DNA of 63,415 nucleotides, filler included, from Stramenopiles sp. TOSAG23-6 (taxonomy: Eukaryota): the NCBI GenBank assembly GCA_900128565.1. It is 11 parts of 11 records of this genome, joined end to end, with 100 filler letters (N's around TTAATTAATTAA, not from the genome) between each part and the next. Parts side by side here need not be neighbours in the genome. Positions count along the whole stretch, not along the records: positions 32,891 to 43,697 come from LT636291.1; positions 43,798 to 54,565 come from LT636292.1; 9 more parts are not named here. One strand, given 5' to 3'. The number at the start of each line of letters is the position of its first letter. Within the stretch, counting starts at the first letter, position 1. Both the position numbers and the translations under genes were made by a program. Shown here piece by piece: positions 36,201-49,700 of this stretch. The notes beneath the pieces were generated by a model. It was given only the letters and a program-made list of their open reading frames with translations, was not told where the DNA came from and made no database searches.

Positions 36201-39200
36201 TTTTCAAAAAAAAAAAAAAAACTAAATTCGAAATTGAAAAAAAATAAAACATATATGATCAAACCTTCTTTTGAAAACATCGGATGTAGAATGACACTGA
36301 TCCGATTCTTCTTCTTTAGATGCCGAGTCAAATAGTATTAATACAACATAAGTTTCTTTACCATTTAGATCAAATCTAACTTCGCCTGAGGGATCTTTCA
36401 TGTCTTGTTTTGTTTCTTTTGTTTCTTCTAATACATTTTTAATGTCTTGTTTTGTTTCTTTTGTTTCTTCTGATACATTTTTAATGTCGTTTTTACTTTC
36501 TTTTGACAAATTTTCAATAATTACCTTTATATCAAAATCAGGTAAAGATAATGAAACATCTTCATTTTGTATAATTACGTTTTCTTTTTTAGTGGATCCA
36601 ATATGTTTTTTATGCGGTGTAAAACGAATTGTATCTATCGTTGTTGATGTATTTGCTGTTTGAAAATGTTCAGCTTGAAGTATTGTGAAAAATATTTTTT
36701 TTTTTTTGAAAAAAATTGTTAGGTACAAAATTTCGTACGAAAAAAAAACATTGTAGGTAAAAAAATTCAAATTTTGAAAACGTACAACATCTTCTCCTCC
36801 AAGACTTTTTACCTCTTCTAATGTCGGTTTCGCATACAACATATATTTCATAACTATTCTATCATGTTCTGTAGCTGCATCAAGTATTTGGTCAACAGAA
36901 GATTTTGCTGTAGCTGTCAAATATGTACCATGTTTTTTCCAAACATCTTCAGCGAGAGCATATATTTTGGAAAAATATTTCAAAAAAAATCTAAAAAAAT
37001 TTGTTAGGTACAAAATTTACTATAAAAAATAAATTCGAATTTTTTTGTAAAAAAAAAATAAAACATACATCAGTCAATTCCTGGATAAGTTGATGTTCTA
37101 CAAGTTTGACTTTTTCTAAATGCAAAAGCTTTTGTTTTGTATTACGTTTAAAACAGTTTCGAAGTGAAGTTTTTATATCCAATGTTTCATCCACTTCAAT
37201 ACTGGAACTACTATTCTTCATGATATCATTGTTATTATCATTGTCATCTTGCACATTACTATTCGATGATGATTGAATGCCATCTTCAGTATTTCGAAGT
37301 TCATGTTCTTTTTTCCATAATGTTTTTTCCAATGATTTCACTGCGTTTCTTTGCACTTCTCTCACAGATGATAAATCAACTTTTTTGACTGTTGAAAATT
37401 TTGCTTTATTCTGGGTTTTCTGGGTTTTCTGGGTTTTCTTAGCTGCAAGTAAAAGATCTTTTTCTATTTGCTCTAAAAGCTCAGATTTCATTCTACTTAC
37501 TGAGACTATTTCATTCTTTTCATCTATTTCATCATTTATATCATATACATTTGCTTCATCAGTAATAAGTAGTTTATTCAATTCAAATCTGTTTTTACTA
37601 ATATCTTTAGAAAATGATGATACTGTATTTTCATGTATTTTGGAAAAATATTTCAAAAAAAATTGTAAAATTGTTAGGTACAACATTTCGTACGAAAAAA
37701 AAATTCGATTTTTTTGTTAAAAAAAAAATAAAACATACATACAATTTGCGAGATTTACATAAATGCATAGCTAAAGCAAGTGCAATAATAATTTTCTCCT
37801 GAAGTAGTGGTAGAATACTTTCTATTAAATGAAGATCAAAATTTGAAATACTGAGAGAATTGTGTTCAGTATCTGCATGTATTTTGGAAAAATATTTAAA
37901 AAAAAAATTTGAAAATTTGTTAGGTACAAAATTTTCAAAAAAAAAAACATTCGATTTTTTTGTAAAAAAAAAAATAAAACATACATTCATGTCATCTTTT
38001 GATTTTCTATTGAAATGTTTCATACCTTCCATTGATTTAATTACAGATTGTCTTAAACTCTCAATGTCTTCATTAATAATTAAATTATTTGAACATATTT
38101 TTTCGTGGTCAAGAAATCGTAAAGTTTTCATTGCAAATTCTTCAATTGCTTTTACAACAGATAAACACTCAATTCTGACAGCTTCACGAATTGGTTTTAT
38201 CAATTTTTCTGTTTCTTCAGATGCTCTTTTCCATAGGGTTTTTCGTAATTCTATTCCTTTATTTTTAATAATTTCTATTGTACATTGCTTGATTTCATCT
38301 AACACAAGTATATTTTCTTTATGTGTGGCATCCATCTTGTTTAATTTTGCGTTTTCATTATCTACCTCTTCTTGATTACACAAACCTGCTAGCTTCTCTT
38401 CTGCTTCTTTACGAGTTTCAACATTATTTTCAAGCCAAATTTTACTTTCATCTGCTTCTTGTAAAAGATCAATTACAGATTCACGAATTTCAATAGACTT
38501 TGTAGAAAATTCTGAAGCTTTTTTCTGCATCGTATTAAATTCCTCTTGACATGCATCAATAATTTGATTTTGATTATTTATTTGATTGTTAATATCATTT
38601 AACTTTTGTTCTTGTGATAAATTATCGGAAGTAACATTCTTTTTTGTAGTATTTAATGATGTAAGTTCTTTTTCCAATAGACCTGCTTTCTTTAATGCAC
38701 CATATCTTTTGGAAAAATATTTCAAAAAAAATTCTAAAAAATTTGTTAGGTACAAAATTTCGTATAAAAACCAAAAAAAAAAAAAAATTCGTTTTTTTTT
38801 TTACCGAAAAAAAAAAAATAAAACGTACAGGACTTGGATCACCATTTATTTTCCGTAGTTTTGCACTATCCAATTCAATCCGAAGTGACTTAATTTTATG
38901 ATTTAAATCTTTCATTTGTTTTACTAAAGTTTTCTTTTCATTCAAATCTGTTGATTCTTCATTTTCTGCTGTTTGTTCTGCTTCTTCAAGTTGGTCTCGT
39001 GCAAAATTCTTTGCATCGTTTATGTGATCAACACTACCCTCAGATATTTCTCTAATTTTATCTTGTAAACGATTTCTCCCCTCAGTTTCATTTTTTAACT
39101 GTTGGTTCAACATTTGTCTCAATGTATTTTAGAAAAATATTTAAAAAAAAAATTGAAAAAATTGTTAGGTACAAAATTTACTATAAAAAAAAATTCATAC

Positions 39201-40768
39201 AAAAAAAAAACATAAAACATACATGTATTAACTTTTGTTTCTTCTTTTGGTATATCCTGTTGTAGTTTTTCAAGTGATTTTTTCAATGTTATAATTTCTT
39301 CTTGAACGATTTTCAATTGATCTTTGGCACCTCTTGTCTTAAAACCACCATGTAATAGTAGAAAAAATATTTCAAAAAAAATACCAACTTGTTAGGTACA
39401 TTTTGTTTTTCATGAAAAAAAAAACGTTAGGTACAAAATTCCGTAAGAAAAAAAACAAACTCGATTCAAAGCAGCAGAAGCAGCGACTGAATCACTTTGA
39501 TCAGTCATTCGACATTGTTGTTCAATTTCACGAAATTTCGTGTCATAGCCGACTGAGACTTTTTCTAGACCAGCGATTGCTTTTTCAAGTTCAAGTTTTA
39601 ATTTTTTATTGTTTTGTCGTTTTTTCATTTGTCTTTCTTTTTCAGATTTTAACATGACGGAAACTTTCACAATTTTATTTCTTTTTTCTTCTATTTCAGA
39701 TTCTAATTTTGCAATCATGTATTTTGGAAAAATATTTCAAAAAAATTTCAAAAAAATTGTTAGGTACAAAATTTTTTTACCAAAAAAAAAAAAAATAAAA
39801 TAAATTCGATTTTTTTGTAAAAAAACAAAATAAAACATTCATAAGATTACAACCTTTGACAGTATCAATCGATTGAGGTTTTAGACTTTTTGCCTTTGCT
39901 GCGGAACGAAGTTCAGAACATATATTGTGAAAAATATTTTTTTTTTTACCGAAAAAAAAAATCGTTAGGTACAAAAGTTCGTACGAAAAAACAAATAAAT
40001 TCGAAATTTAATTTTGAAAACGGACGCGCCGCTTCAATTTCATTACGCATATAATTAAATGCTACAATTTGTGCATTCATGTAATTTTGGAGAAATATTT
40101 TTTTTGTAGTACAAATGTTTTGTTAGGGTCCTAGGTATGAAATTTTTATATAATTTTTTTTTTTTGAAATTTTTTTTTTCTTTGAAAGTAATGATAAAAA
40201 CATACATATTTTTTCGTATTCGTGTTATTTGTTCGGTATTTCGTGCAACTCGACTTCTTTCCAATTTTTCAAATCGCTCAAAAGCATTGTCTAAGAATGT
40301 AGTACTTTCAGCTGATAACTTTTCCGCAAGATCAAGAGAAATTGATGTTGGTGTTCCTTCATCTTCTTCATTTGTCGATTCTACAAATTTAGACAAGTTG
40401 GTTAGTTTTTTAAATGAAGATGACAAATCTCTCATGGATTTTAATTTCTTTTCCCCTATTTTTTCAAAATCTTGTAGCATATACTTTGTTGTATCTTTCC
40501 TATCCTCTATTTCACGAGACATTGTACCCAACGTCGCTTCTTGTGCATCAGCATAACCATATTCTAGATCCCATTTTTCGGTCGTGGTGTCAACACGTTT
40601 TTGAATTGAATCTTTGGAGTCTCGCATGTCCATTGCGACCCTTGCTAGTTGTATATACCTTTCTTCGGCTTCCTTTGGTGGTAAAAGACGAAAACGTTTG
40701 AACATGTTTGTATCGTCATCTTCTTCAGTGGTTTTTATATTACTAATAGTAACACTTTTCTTCTTCAT
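33279..40768 (-). CDS. Large coiled-coil protein, 18 exons, about 1862 aa
   Basis: Removing 17 family introns (1901 nt) from 7490 nt leaves 5589 nt, with phases matching at every junction; E/K-rich helical sequence. Confidence 0.75.
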
Positions 40769-41217
40769 TGTAAAAACGGAGCCAATGAGTAAAAACACAA
40801 AATAAGTAGACAAATTAAGGAGTGTAGTTTTGAAATTAAGTTATAAAATTGCAGTGTAAACACTCAACCTTTAAATGTGTGCTTTATAAATATCTTTTGA
40901 GATTGTTTTTATATGGTAACTGCATCATGCTTTTTAAGTGTATCCAATTGTCCACTACTACTTACTACTAAAACTAAAAATAGAAAGGTTTTTACAGTTT
41001 CATCATTCGCAGAGTAGTCAATTACCGGGTAACCTACTTTCAAAATTATTTTTTTTGTGTTTGATGTCAATGAGTCAGTGACTCAACACAAAACACATCA
41101 ATCACGTGATCATTTGCTATTTTTCTGCTACCATAGGACCTACGCAACTCCTTTGCAACAATTTAAATTGCTTTGTTCAATACTATTAATACTATTAATA
41201 CTATTAAGATATTTACA

Positions 41218-41841
41218 ATGTTTCTCATATTGCCAATATTGATCCTTCTTTTGAACAATGACAATCTCGCAAGTGCATCCCTAGTATCTCGACTAGGTCC
41301 GGTCTTTCGAACTGCTCGTATTCCAGCGAATACAGCTTTACGACAAACAGGAGTCCAAAGAGGTTTGAAGATCAACGTTAGTGTCGATACAGCACCGGTA
41401 GCTTCCGTAACTAACAGAAAAAATACTCCTACTGTAGCCCCAGTCAAGAGCCGAAGTGGAATGTACGAACATCATACGCAATGGGCGGTTCGACCAAAGC
41501 AATATGAAAAAAAAGATCTTCCTACTGTAGCACCAGTCAAGAGCCGAAGTGGAATGTACGAACATCATACGCAATGGGCAGTTCGACCAAAGCAACATGA
41601 AAACATAAAATCTGATGAATTGCCAGTCTTTTACAGTCGCAGTGGTATGCATAAGCACCATACTGCATGGGCTGTTAGACCAAAACGACACTTTTTGCAA
41701 TCTATAAGTCCTCCCGCAGCAAAGGATCTTGTAGATTCAGAACGACAAGGATTGGTTAACAAAATTTCATCACTCATGTCTAAAACTGATACTGTTTCAA
41801 AAGATGAACTACGTCAAATTCTTGACAGTCTTTCAAAATAA
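41218..41841 (+). CDS. Small protein with targeting-peptide-like N-terminus and three SRSGMxxHHTxWAVRPK repeats
   Basis: MFLILPILILLL; 93-nt tandem repeat at 41428 and 41521 plus a third partial copy. Confidence 0.6.
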   Translation: MFLILPILILLLNNDNLASASLVSRLGPVFRTARIPANTALRQTGVQRGLKINVSVDTAPVASVTNRKNTPTVAPVKSRSGMYEHHTQWAVRPKQYEKKDLPTVAPVKSRSGMYEHHTQWAVRPKQHENIKSDELPVFYSRSGMHKHHTAWAVRPKRHFLQSISPPAAKDLVDSERQGLVNKISSLMSKTDTVSKDELRQILDSLSK

Positions 41842-42000
41842 AAGATGATCAATACAATTGAACAACTTTCAATGTTACAAAATAAAATATGGTACACATT
41901 GTCGTTGTATTTATCAAATGATTAAAATATTTTAGTTTTTTTACGAATATTTTGTTTTATAAAACAAAAATAATAATCAAAATTGATTTTTTTTTATACA

Positions 42001-43130
42001 TCAATTCAAATAGTTCAATGGTAACCATCCAGAATTTTTAGTTCTTTTATTTCTTCCTTTACACCATCCATCTTTTCGATACTCAATAATTTCAATTGTA
42101 TCACCAGCTTTAATTGCCAACTCATATAGTATTAAAAAAAATTCAAAAATGTTTTACTATTAGGTACAAAATTTTGTACGAAAAAAAAAAAAATCGAAAT
42201 TGGTTTAAAATTTTTTTTTTTCGTTAGGTACAAAATTTACTATGAAAAAAAAAATATGTTGATAAAAAATTGAAAAAAAAAAAAAAAAAAGTACATCTTC
42301 TCTCTGAGGTTTATATTCCCATTGTGCTTCTTTTATATCATGACCAAATTTTGATTTTGACTTTTCTGAATCTCCTTTGGTTTTGACTTTTTTGGCCTTT
42401 TTGGGATTCCGAATTTCGGATGTTTTCCCAGTCGATTTGTCTGCATTTTCAAGTTGACTTTCAATTGTTTCCGTTTCATCAATTTCTTTCTTTTCTCTAC
42501 GCTTTTTTTTAGTACGTTTTGATGATTTGCTGGAATTTGTATTTGTACCAGCAGATGCTCTACCAATCATATACATGCTAAAAGAGATAAATAATTGGAT
42601 AGTTAATAGAATGAGACACAAATAGCTATATAACCCTAACCCAATTGAATTTGTTGCCATTTTCATAATGGTACTAATGCATAGTAATATCCATAAAACC
42701 AAATCAATAAAGACAAAAACCTTTCGAGCAATTGTAGATTCAGAGAATTTTTCCCAATCTTTTTTACAGTAACAATTTATTGGATACTTTCCTTTTGTGC
42801 AACCTTTCACTAGGAGTACATTAATGGCTACAACATTCCATAACAAACAAAAGTACTGTGAAAAAATATTTAAGATTCATTTGGTTTTGTTAGGTACAAA
42901 ATTTTCATTTTTTTTTTGGTAGGTACAAAAGTTTCATAATAAAATAAAACATACAAAAGTGAAACTACAAAAGACCACATCAACCAAGACCGGAGACCTT
43001 GGTTACTATCATTGAGCCTTGCCATTAAAAATATTGAATAAATAATAACCAAAACACGAACTGTACAATGAATAGAGAAAAGTAAAGGTGTAGCATTACG
43101 AGTTTCAGTGTCAATAATCTTTTCATGAGT
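42001..43130 (-). CDS. Four-TM protein with C-terminal SH3 domain
   Basis: Four hydrophobic helices; AQWEYKPQRED|ELAIKAGDTIEIIEYRKDGWCKGRNKRTKNSGWLPLNYL across intron 42124-42294. Confidence 0.7.
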
Positions 43131-43237
43131 ATGTATTTTGGAAAAATATTTGAAAAAAATCTTTAAAAATTTGTTAGGTACNAAANTTACTATNAAAAAA
43201 AAANTTCGATTTGTTTGTAAAAAAAAATAAAACATAC

Positions 43238-43626
43238 ATGCATTCCTCTCCGTATAATAAATGCTACAATTCCAATGATAACTAATACCATAAATATTCC
43301 AAGTACAAAAAACCCTACTAAAAACAATGCCAAATTAGGAAATAATTCCGCTGTTTTCTCAAAATTTCCACTTACTACTAAAGCAAATGGTTGTATATTT
43401 CCAACAACAACTGAAGTACCTACCACTTCAACAACCCAATCACCACTTGCAATATCTTTTGGTACAACAACTTTTTCGGATGTATTTACAGAATCAACAG
43501 CAGGTCCATTCACTCCAATAGGTACAAAACATTCCGGTGGTGAACATTGGCCACCTCCAGATGCTGGGTTACCTTTTTTGAAAACACGTAGGTCAAGATT
43601 ATTGACTAATGCTGTGTCTGTCGCAG
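43238..43626 (-). CDS. C-terminal region of a membrane-anchored subtilisin-like protease (fragment)
   Basis: LVNNLDLRV...NTSEKVVV...GDWVVEVVG...QPFALVVSG followed by a TM helix. Confidence 0.55.
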
Positions 43627-43797
43627 ATGAAATTTGGAAAAATATTTCAAAAAAAAAAAAAAAATGTTAGGTACAAAATTTCGTACGAAAAAAAAAANNN
43701 NNNNNNNNNNNNNNNNNNNNNNNNNNNNNNNNNNNNNNNNNTTAATTAATTAANNNNNNNNNNNNNNNNNNNNNNNNNNNNNNNNNNNNNNNNNNNN

Positions 43798-46700
43798 TTA
43801 TTTCCAGCGCCTACGGTGATACTAATACTACCTGCAGCACCAAGAGTTGCAGAACCAGTTCGCAAAGTAAGCATACCACTGCTAGCACCGGAAGTGTTAC
43901 CAGTTGTAAGTGTCATTGAACCTGTTACCCCACTTGCATTTCCTGTTCGAATACTAAACGACCCACTTGAAGAGGAAGAACTATAACCTGTAATCATAGA
44001 TACAGACCCTCCTGTCAAATCAGAACTTTCACCTGCATTTATTGTTACTCGCCCTCCACTACTTTCGTTTCCTGTGCCCACAATAATACTGATACTCCCA
44101 CCTGTGCCAAGCGTTGCAAATCCAGTACGTAATACNATTTCCCCACTATTACCTTTACTAGTAGTTCCTGATGTAAAAGACAACGATCCAGAAGTTCCGT
44201 CACTTCCTGCATCTGCAGTTCGTATACTAAANGAACCACTCGATGTGCTTTTTCCATATCCAGAAATCATGGAGAATGCACCACCAGTTTTGTCTGTGCT
44301 TTCTCCCGCTGNCATAACAATACGCCCTCCNGATGACNTATTNCCNGCNCCTACNGTGATACTNATACTACCTGCAGCACCAAGAGTTGCAGCACCAGTA
44401 CGAAAAGCAATCATTCCACTACTACCTTCACTAGTATTGCCCGAAGTAAAGGAAATTATCCCAGACACACCATCAGCCCCTGCATTTGATGTGCGGATAC
44501 TAAATGAACCGCTAGATGTTGCAGATCCATAACCTGTTGTCATCGATACGGCTCCACCAGTTGATGTTGTACTTTCACCAGCATTGATTGTGATACGCCC
44601 TCCTGTTGCTTTATTACCACTTCCAACAATTACACTCACGCTACCACCAGCACCTGACGTGGCCGAACCCGTTCGAAGAGTTATCGAACCACTGCTTCCT
44701 TTGCTAGTTTTACCTGAGGTGATTGATAATGAACCAGACACACCACCAGTCCCCGCATTGGCAGTTTTAATACTAAATGAACCACTTGAAGATGCTCTAC
44801 CATAACCAGAGACCAGTGATAAAGAACCACCAGTTGCATCCGTACTCTCACCAGCAGACATAACTATACGACCCCCAGTAGCTTTAGTACCACTACCAAC
44901 AGATATACTAATGCTTCCACCAGCACCTGATGTTGCATTTCCAGTGCGTAATGATATCACACCACTACTTCCTTTACTAGTCGTACCAGTTGAGAAAGAT
45001 ATAGATCCAGAAACACCATTTGTGCCACTATTTGAAGTGCGAATACTAAACGTGCCACTGGATGTTGCAGATCCATAACCTGTTGTCATAGATACAGCAC
45101 CACCAGTTGAATCTGTACTTTCACCGGCACTCAAAGTAATTCGGCCACCAGTTGATTTGTTTCCACTTCCAACTGTAATACTTATACTACCTGATGTACC
45201 TTTCGACGCAGCTCCAGTACGAAGTGTAATTGCACCACTACTGCCATTACTTGTTGTTCCAGATACAATCGAAAGCGAACCCGATACACCAGTAGTTCCA
45301 GCATTTGATGTTTTAATACTGAATGAACCACTGGATGTAGTGCTACCATAACCAGATATCATTGAGATAGAACCACCAGTTTTATCTGTACTTTTACCTG
45401 CCGACATTACAATACGACCACCAGTGGCTTTATTACCACTACCAACAGAAATAGTGATACTTCCACTAGCACCTAATGTTGCATTTCCAGTGCGTAATGA
45501 TATCATTCCACTACTTCCTTCACCAGATGTACCAGTAGATAGTGATAAAGAGCCAGACACACCTGAAGTTCCACTATTTGCAGTGCGAATACTAAACGTG
45601 CCACTGGAATTTGCAGATGCATAACCTGTTGTCATAGATACAGCACCACCAGTTGAATCTGTACTTTCACCGGCACTCAAAGTAATTCGGCCACCAGTTG
45701 ATTTGTTTCCACTTCCAACAACTACACTTATACTACCACCTGTACCTGAAGTGGCCGAACCAGTTCGAAGAGTTATCGAACCACTGGTTCCTTTGCTAGT
45801 TGTACCCGAGGTGAATGATAATGAACCAGACACACCATCAGTTCCCCCATTTGCAGTTTTGACACTAAATGACCCACTAGATGATACACGACCGTAACCG
45901 CTTGCAAGCGATACAGACCCACCCGTCCCAGCTTCGAAATGCGTACTTTGTCCAGCTGTTATAACAATCCTGCCTCCATTAGACAATGTACCACTACCTA
46001 CAACTGCACTTATGCTTCCACCTACACCTGATATTGCGGATCCTGTACGAAGAACAACTGTACCACTGCTTCCTGAACTAGTAGTTCCAGTCGTGAATGA
46101 AATACTTCCGCTAATTCCCGATGCACCTGCATCAGCACTTCGTACACTAAAAGCCCCACTGGATGAAGCACGACCATACCCAGTTACAAGAGACACAGAA
46201 CCACCAGTAAGTGATCCACTTGCACCAGATGTAATTACAATTTGACCACCACTGGAAAGCGTACCTGAACCAACAACTACACTGACACCTCCTGCGGCAC
46301 CAAGTGTAGCAGAGCCTGTGCGCATTATTATCATTCCACTGTTTCCTCTACTTGTCGTTCCTGTTGAGAACGATAAAGAACCGCTAATGCCATCTGCCCC
46401 CGCATTTGCACTACGGACGCTAAATGAACCGCTTGAACTAATCCGGCCATATCCTGTGGCAAGGGATACAGAACCACCTGTTCTATCAGTACTTTCACCA
46501 GCAGCGATAACTATCCGACCACCTGATCCTTTATTTCCGCTACCAACTACAAGACTAATGCTACCACCTCCACCCAATGTCGCAGAACCAGTTCTAAGGA
46601 TAAGTGCCCCACTGCTACCACCACTTGTAGTGCCTGTACTGAATGCAAGGATTCCAGAAACACCCGTTGTACCAGTAGCCGCAGTTCTAATGCTGAACGA

Positions 46701-49700
46701 CCCACTAGAAGCTGCACTACCAGAACCAGACACAAGAGACACAGAACCCCCGGTAAGAGTTTGACTTTCACCACCACTAATGGTGACACGACCACCAACA
46801 CCACCAGAACCAGTACCGACTATGAGACTAATACTCCCCCCCCCCCCATTATTTGCTGATCCTGTCCGGATTGTCACTTGTCCACTGCTCCCATTAGAAG
46901 TCGTTCCAGTTGCAAATGATAGTGATGCCGAAACACCACTTGAGCCTGCATCAGCTGTTTTTATACTAAATGAACCACTAGATGTATTCCGCCCATAACC
47001 AGCCACAATACATACACTGCCTCCGGTAACAATAGTACTTTGACCAGCACTGATAGCTATACGACCTCCGGGTGCTGTATTACCATTGCCTATGACGACG
47101 CTAATACTTCCGCCGGCACCAAGTGTCGCAGATCCAGTACGGAATGTTATCATCCCACTACTACCAGCCGAGGTTGTCCCGGTAGAAAACGTAAGTGATC
47201 CACTAACACCTGTATTACCAGCGGGTGCGGATTGAACAGTGAAAGCTCCACTTGAGCTGATACTCCCGTAGCCACTGGTAAGAGAAACTGATCCCCCAGT
47301 CGAAGTTGTGCTCTGACCAGCGTTCAAGGTTAGGCGACCCCCGGCAGCCGAATTACCACTTCCAACAACGATACTTATACCACCTCCAGCGCCAAGTGTT
47401 GCTGCACCTGTGCGCATTACAATTGTGCCACTATTTCCTCCGCTAGTTGTACCAGTACTGATTTTAAGAGAGCCCGATACGCCAGAATATCCCGCATTTC
47501 CTGTACGAATACTAAATCCCCCACTTGATGTCAATGAGCCATATCCAGAAACAAAAGACACTGCCCCACCTGTCTTTGCTATACTTTTGCCACCAGATAT
47601 CGAAATACGACCTCCAGGGCCATATTTTCCAGTACCCAATACGATGCTTACACTACCTGATGCACCTGAAGTAGCTGCCCCAGTTCTAATAAGAACAGCC
47701 CCACTACTACCTGCTGATGTTGTCCCACTACTGAAAGATACCATACTACTCACACCAGTATGACCAGAATCAGCACTACGAAGGCTGAAAGCACCGCTTG
47801 AGGTTGCAGTTCCATATCCCGAAACTAGAGATATTACACCACCAGTTTTAGATACACTCTGACCACCAGCTGCAGAGAGGCGACCACCAGTACCAGATTT
47901 CCCACTACCAACAACAATACTTATGCTACCAGCCGCACCAAGGGTAGCTGAACCAGTTCTCATTACGAGAGCACCACTAGTACCAGTACTTGTTGTACCG
48001 GTTGTAAAAGAAATTGAACCACTGACACCACTTGTTCCCGCATTTGCAGTCTTGATAGTAAATCCACCACTTGATGCGTCAGTACCAAAACCACTTATTA
48101 AAGAAATTGCCCCTCCCGTTGCACCTGTACTTTCTCCTGCGGCAATAGATATGCGACCCCCAGATGACACAGCTCCGCGACCAAGGATGACACTAATACT
48201 ACCACTAGCACCAGATGTGGCAGATCCTGTTCGTAGAACAACGAAGCCACTACTCCCATTGGATGTAGTTCCCGACGACAGTGAAACACTACCACTGACT
48301 CCATCATTACCGGCAGACGCAGATCGAATGCTAAATGACCCACTGGATGTTGCTCCACCAAAACCACTTACAAGTGAAACCGAACCACCAGTCGCGGTAG
48401 CACTCTGTCCAGCGGTTATTGTAACGCGCCCACCAACTGAAGCATTCCCACTACCCACAACAAGACGTATACTTCCTGCCATTCCAAGTGTTGCAGCACC
48501 AGTGCGAAGTGTCATAGACCCACTGCTTCCAACAGATGTCGTCCCTGAAGAAAATGTTAAAGCCCCGCTAACACCAGAATCTCCGGCATTTGCAGATCGT
48601 ATACTGAAAGCCCCACTAGATGTACCACTTCCAAATCCAGAGGATAGGGAAATAGATCCACCGGTGGCTGTTGTACTCTGACCACCAACTAGAGTAATTC
48701 GTCCCCCAGAAGCAATATTTCCATTACCAACAACTACGTGGATACCTCCGCCTGCTCCACTGGTTGCATCACCAGAGCGAACAGTTATTGTACCTGAAAC
48801 TCCACTCGAAGTTGTTCCTGTAGAAAATGTCATAGCACCACTTACACCACTGTCTCCTGCATTTGCAGATTTAATACTAAAAGATCCACTCGAGCTTATA
48901 CTTCCATACCCACTAATAAGCGATACTGCCCCACCTGTAAGTAACTCAGAATTTCCCGAGCTTAATGTTATACGACCACCAGTACCAAAATCCCCGCTTC
49001 CAACAATCACACTGATACTACCACCAGTACCCGAAGTTGCGCGCCCGGTGCGAATCATTACATGACCACTACTCCCCCCAGATGAGGTGCCAGTGGAGAA
49101 AGATATGGGACCACTGACTCCGCCAGTTCCTCCGTCGGCAGACTTAATACTGAATGAACCACTTGAACCGATAGTACCGCTACCACTAATTAGAGAAACA
49201 GAACCACCAGTTGCTACAGTGCTTTCACCCGCATTCACAGTGAATCTTCCCCCGCTTCCTATTTTTCCACTACCAATTATGACACTAATACTTCCACCAG
49301 TTCCAGATGTTGCAGAACCTGTTCGAATTACGAGTGCACCGCTACTGCCTCCAATAGTTGTGCCTGATGTAAACGACAGAGACCCACTGACACCAGTTCG
49401 ACCAGCATTTGCCGAGCGAATACTAAAAGATCCACTAGAACTAAAAGTTCCGTATCCCGATGCCATCGATACTGAACCACCAGTTTTATACGAACTAGAT
49501 CCACCAGAAACTACCAGGCGGCCACCGACTCCGGCATCGCCATTACCTACAGTCAGACTAATACTACCACCTGCACCTAAAGTTGCGGTACCTGAACGAA
49601 CAATAATCGAACCACTTGTACCCCCGGTACTTGAACCACTTGTGAAAGTCAATGAACCACTAATTCCTGTGCTGCCAGAATTTGCAGTTTGTACACTGAA

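Noticed and set aside
33279-40768. Elements as a CRISPR-like repeat-spacer array
   Set aside because: The spacers are exons of variable length, repeats are dispersed and variable, no cas genes, eukaryotic context.
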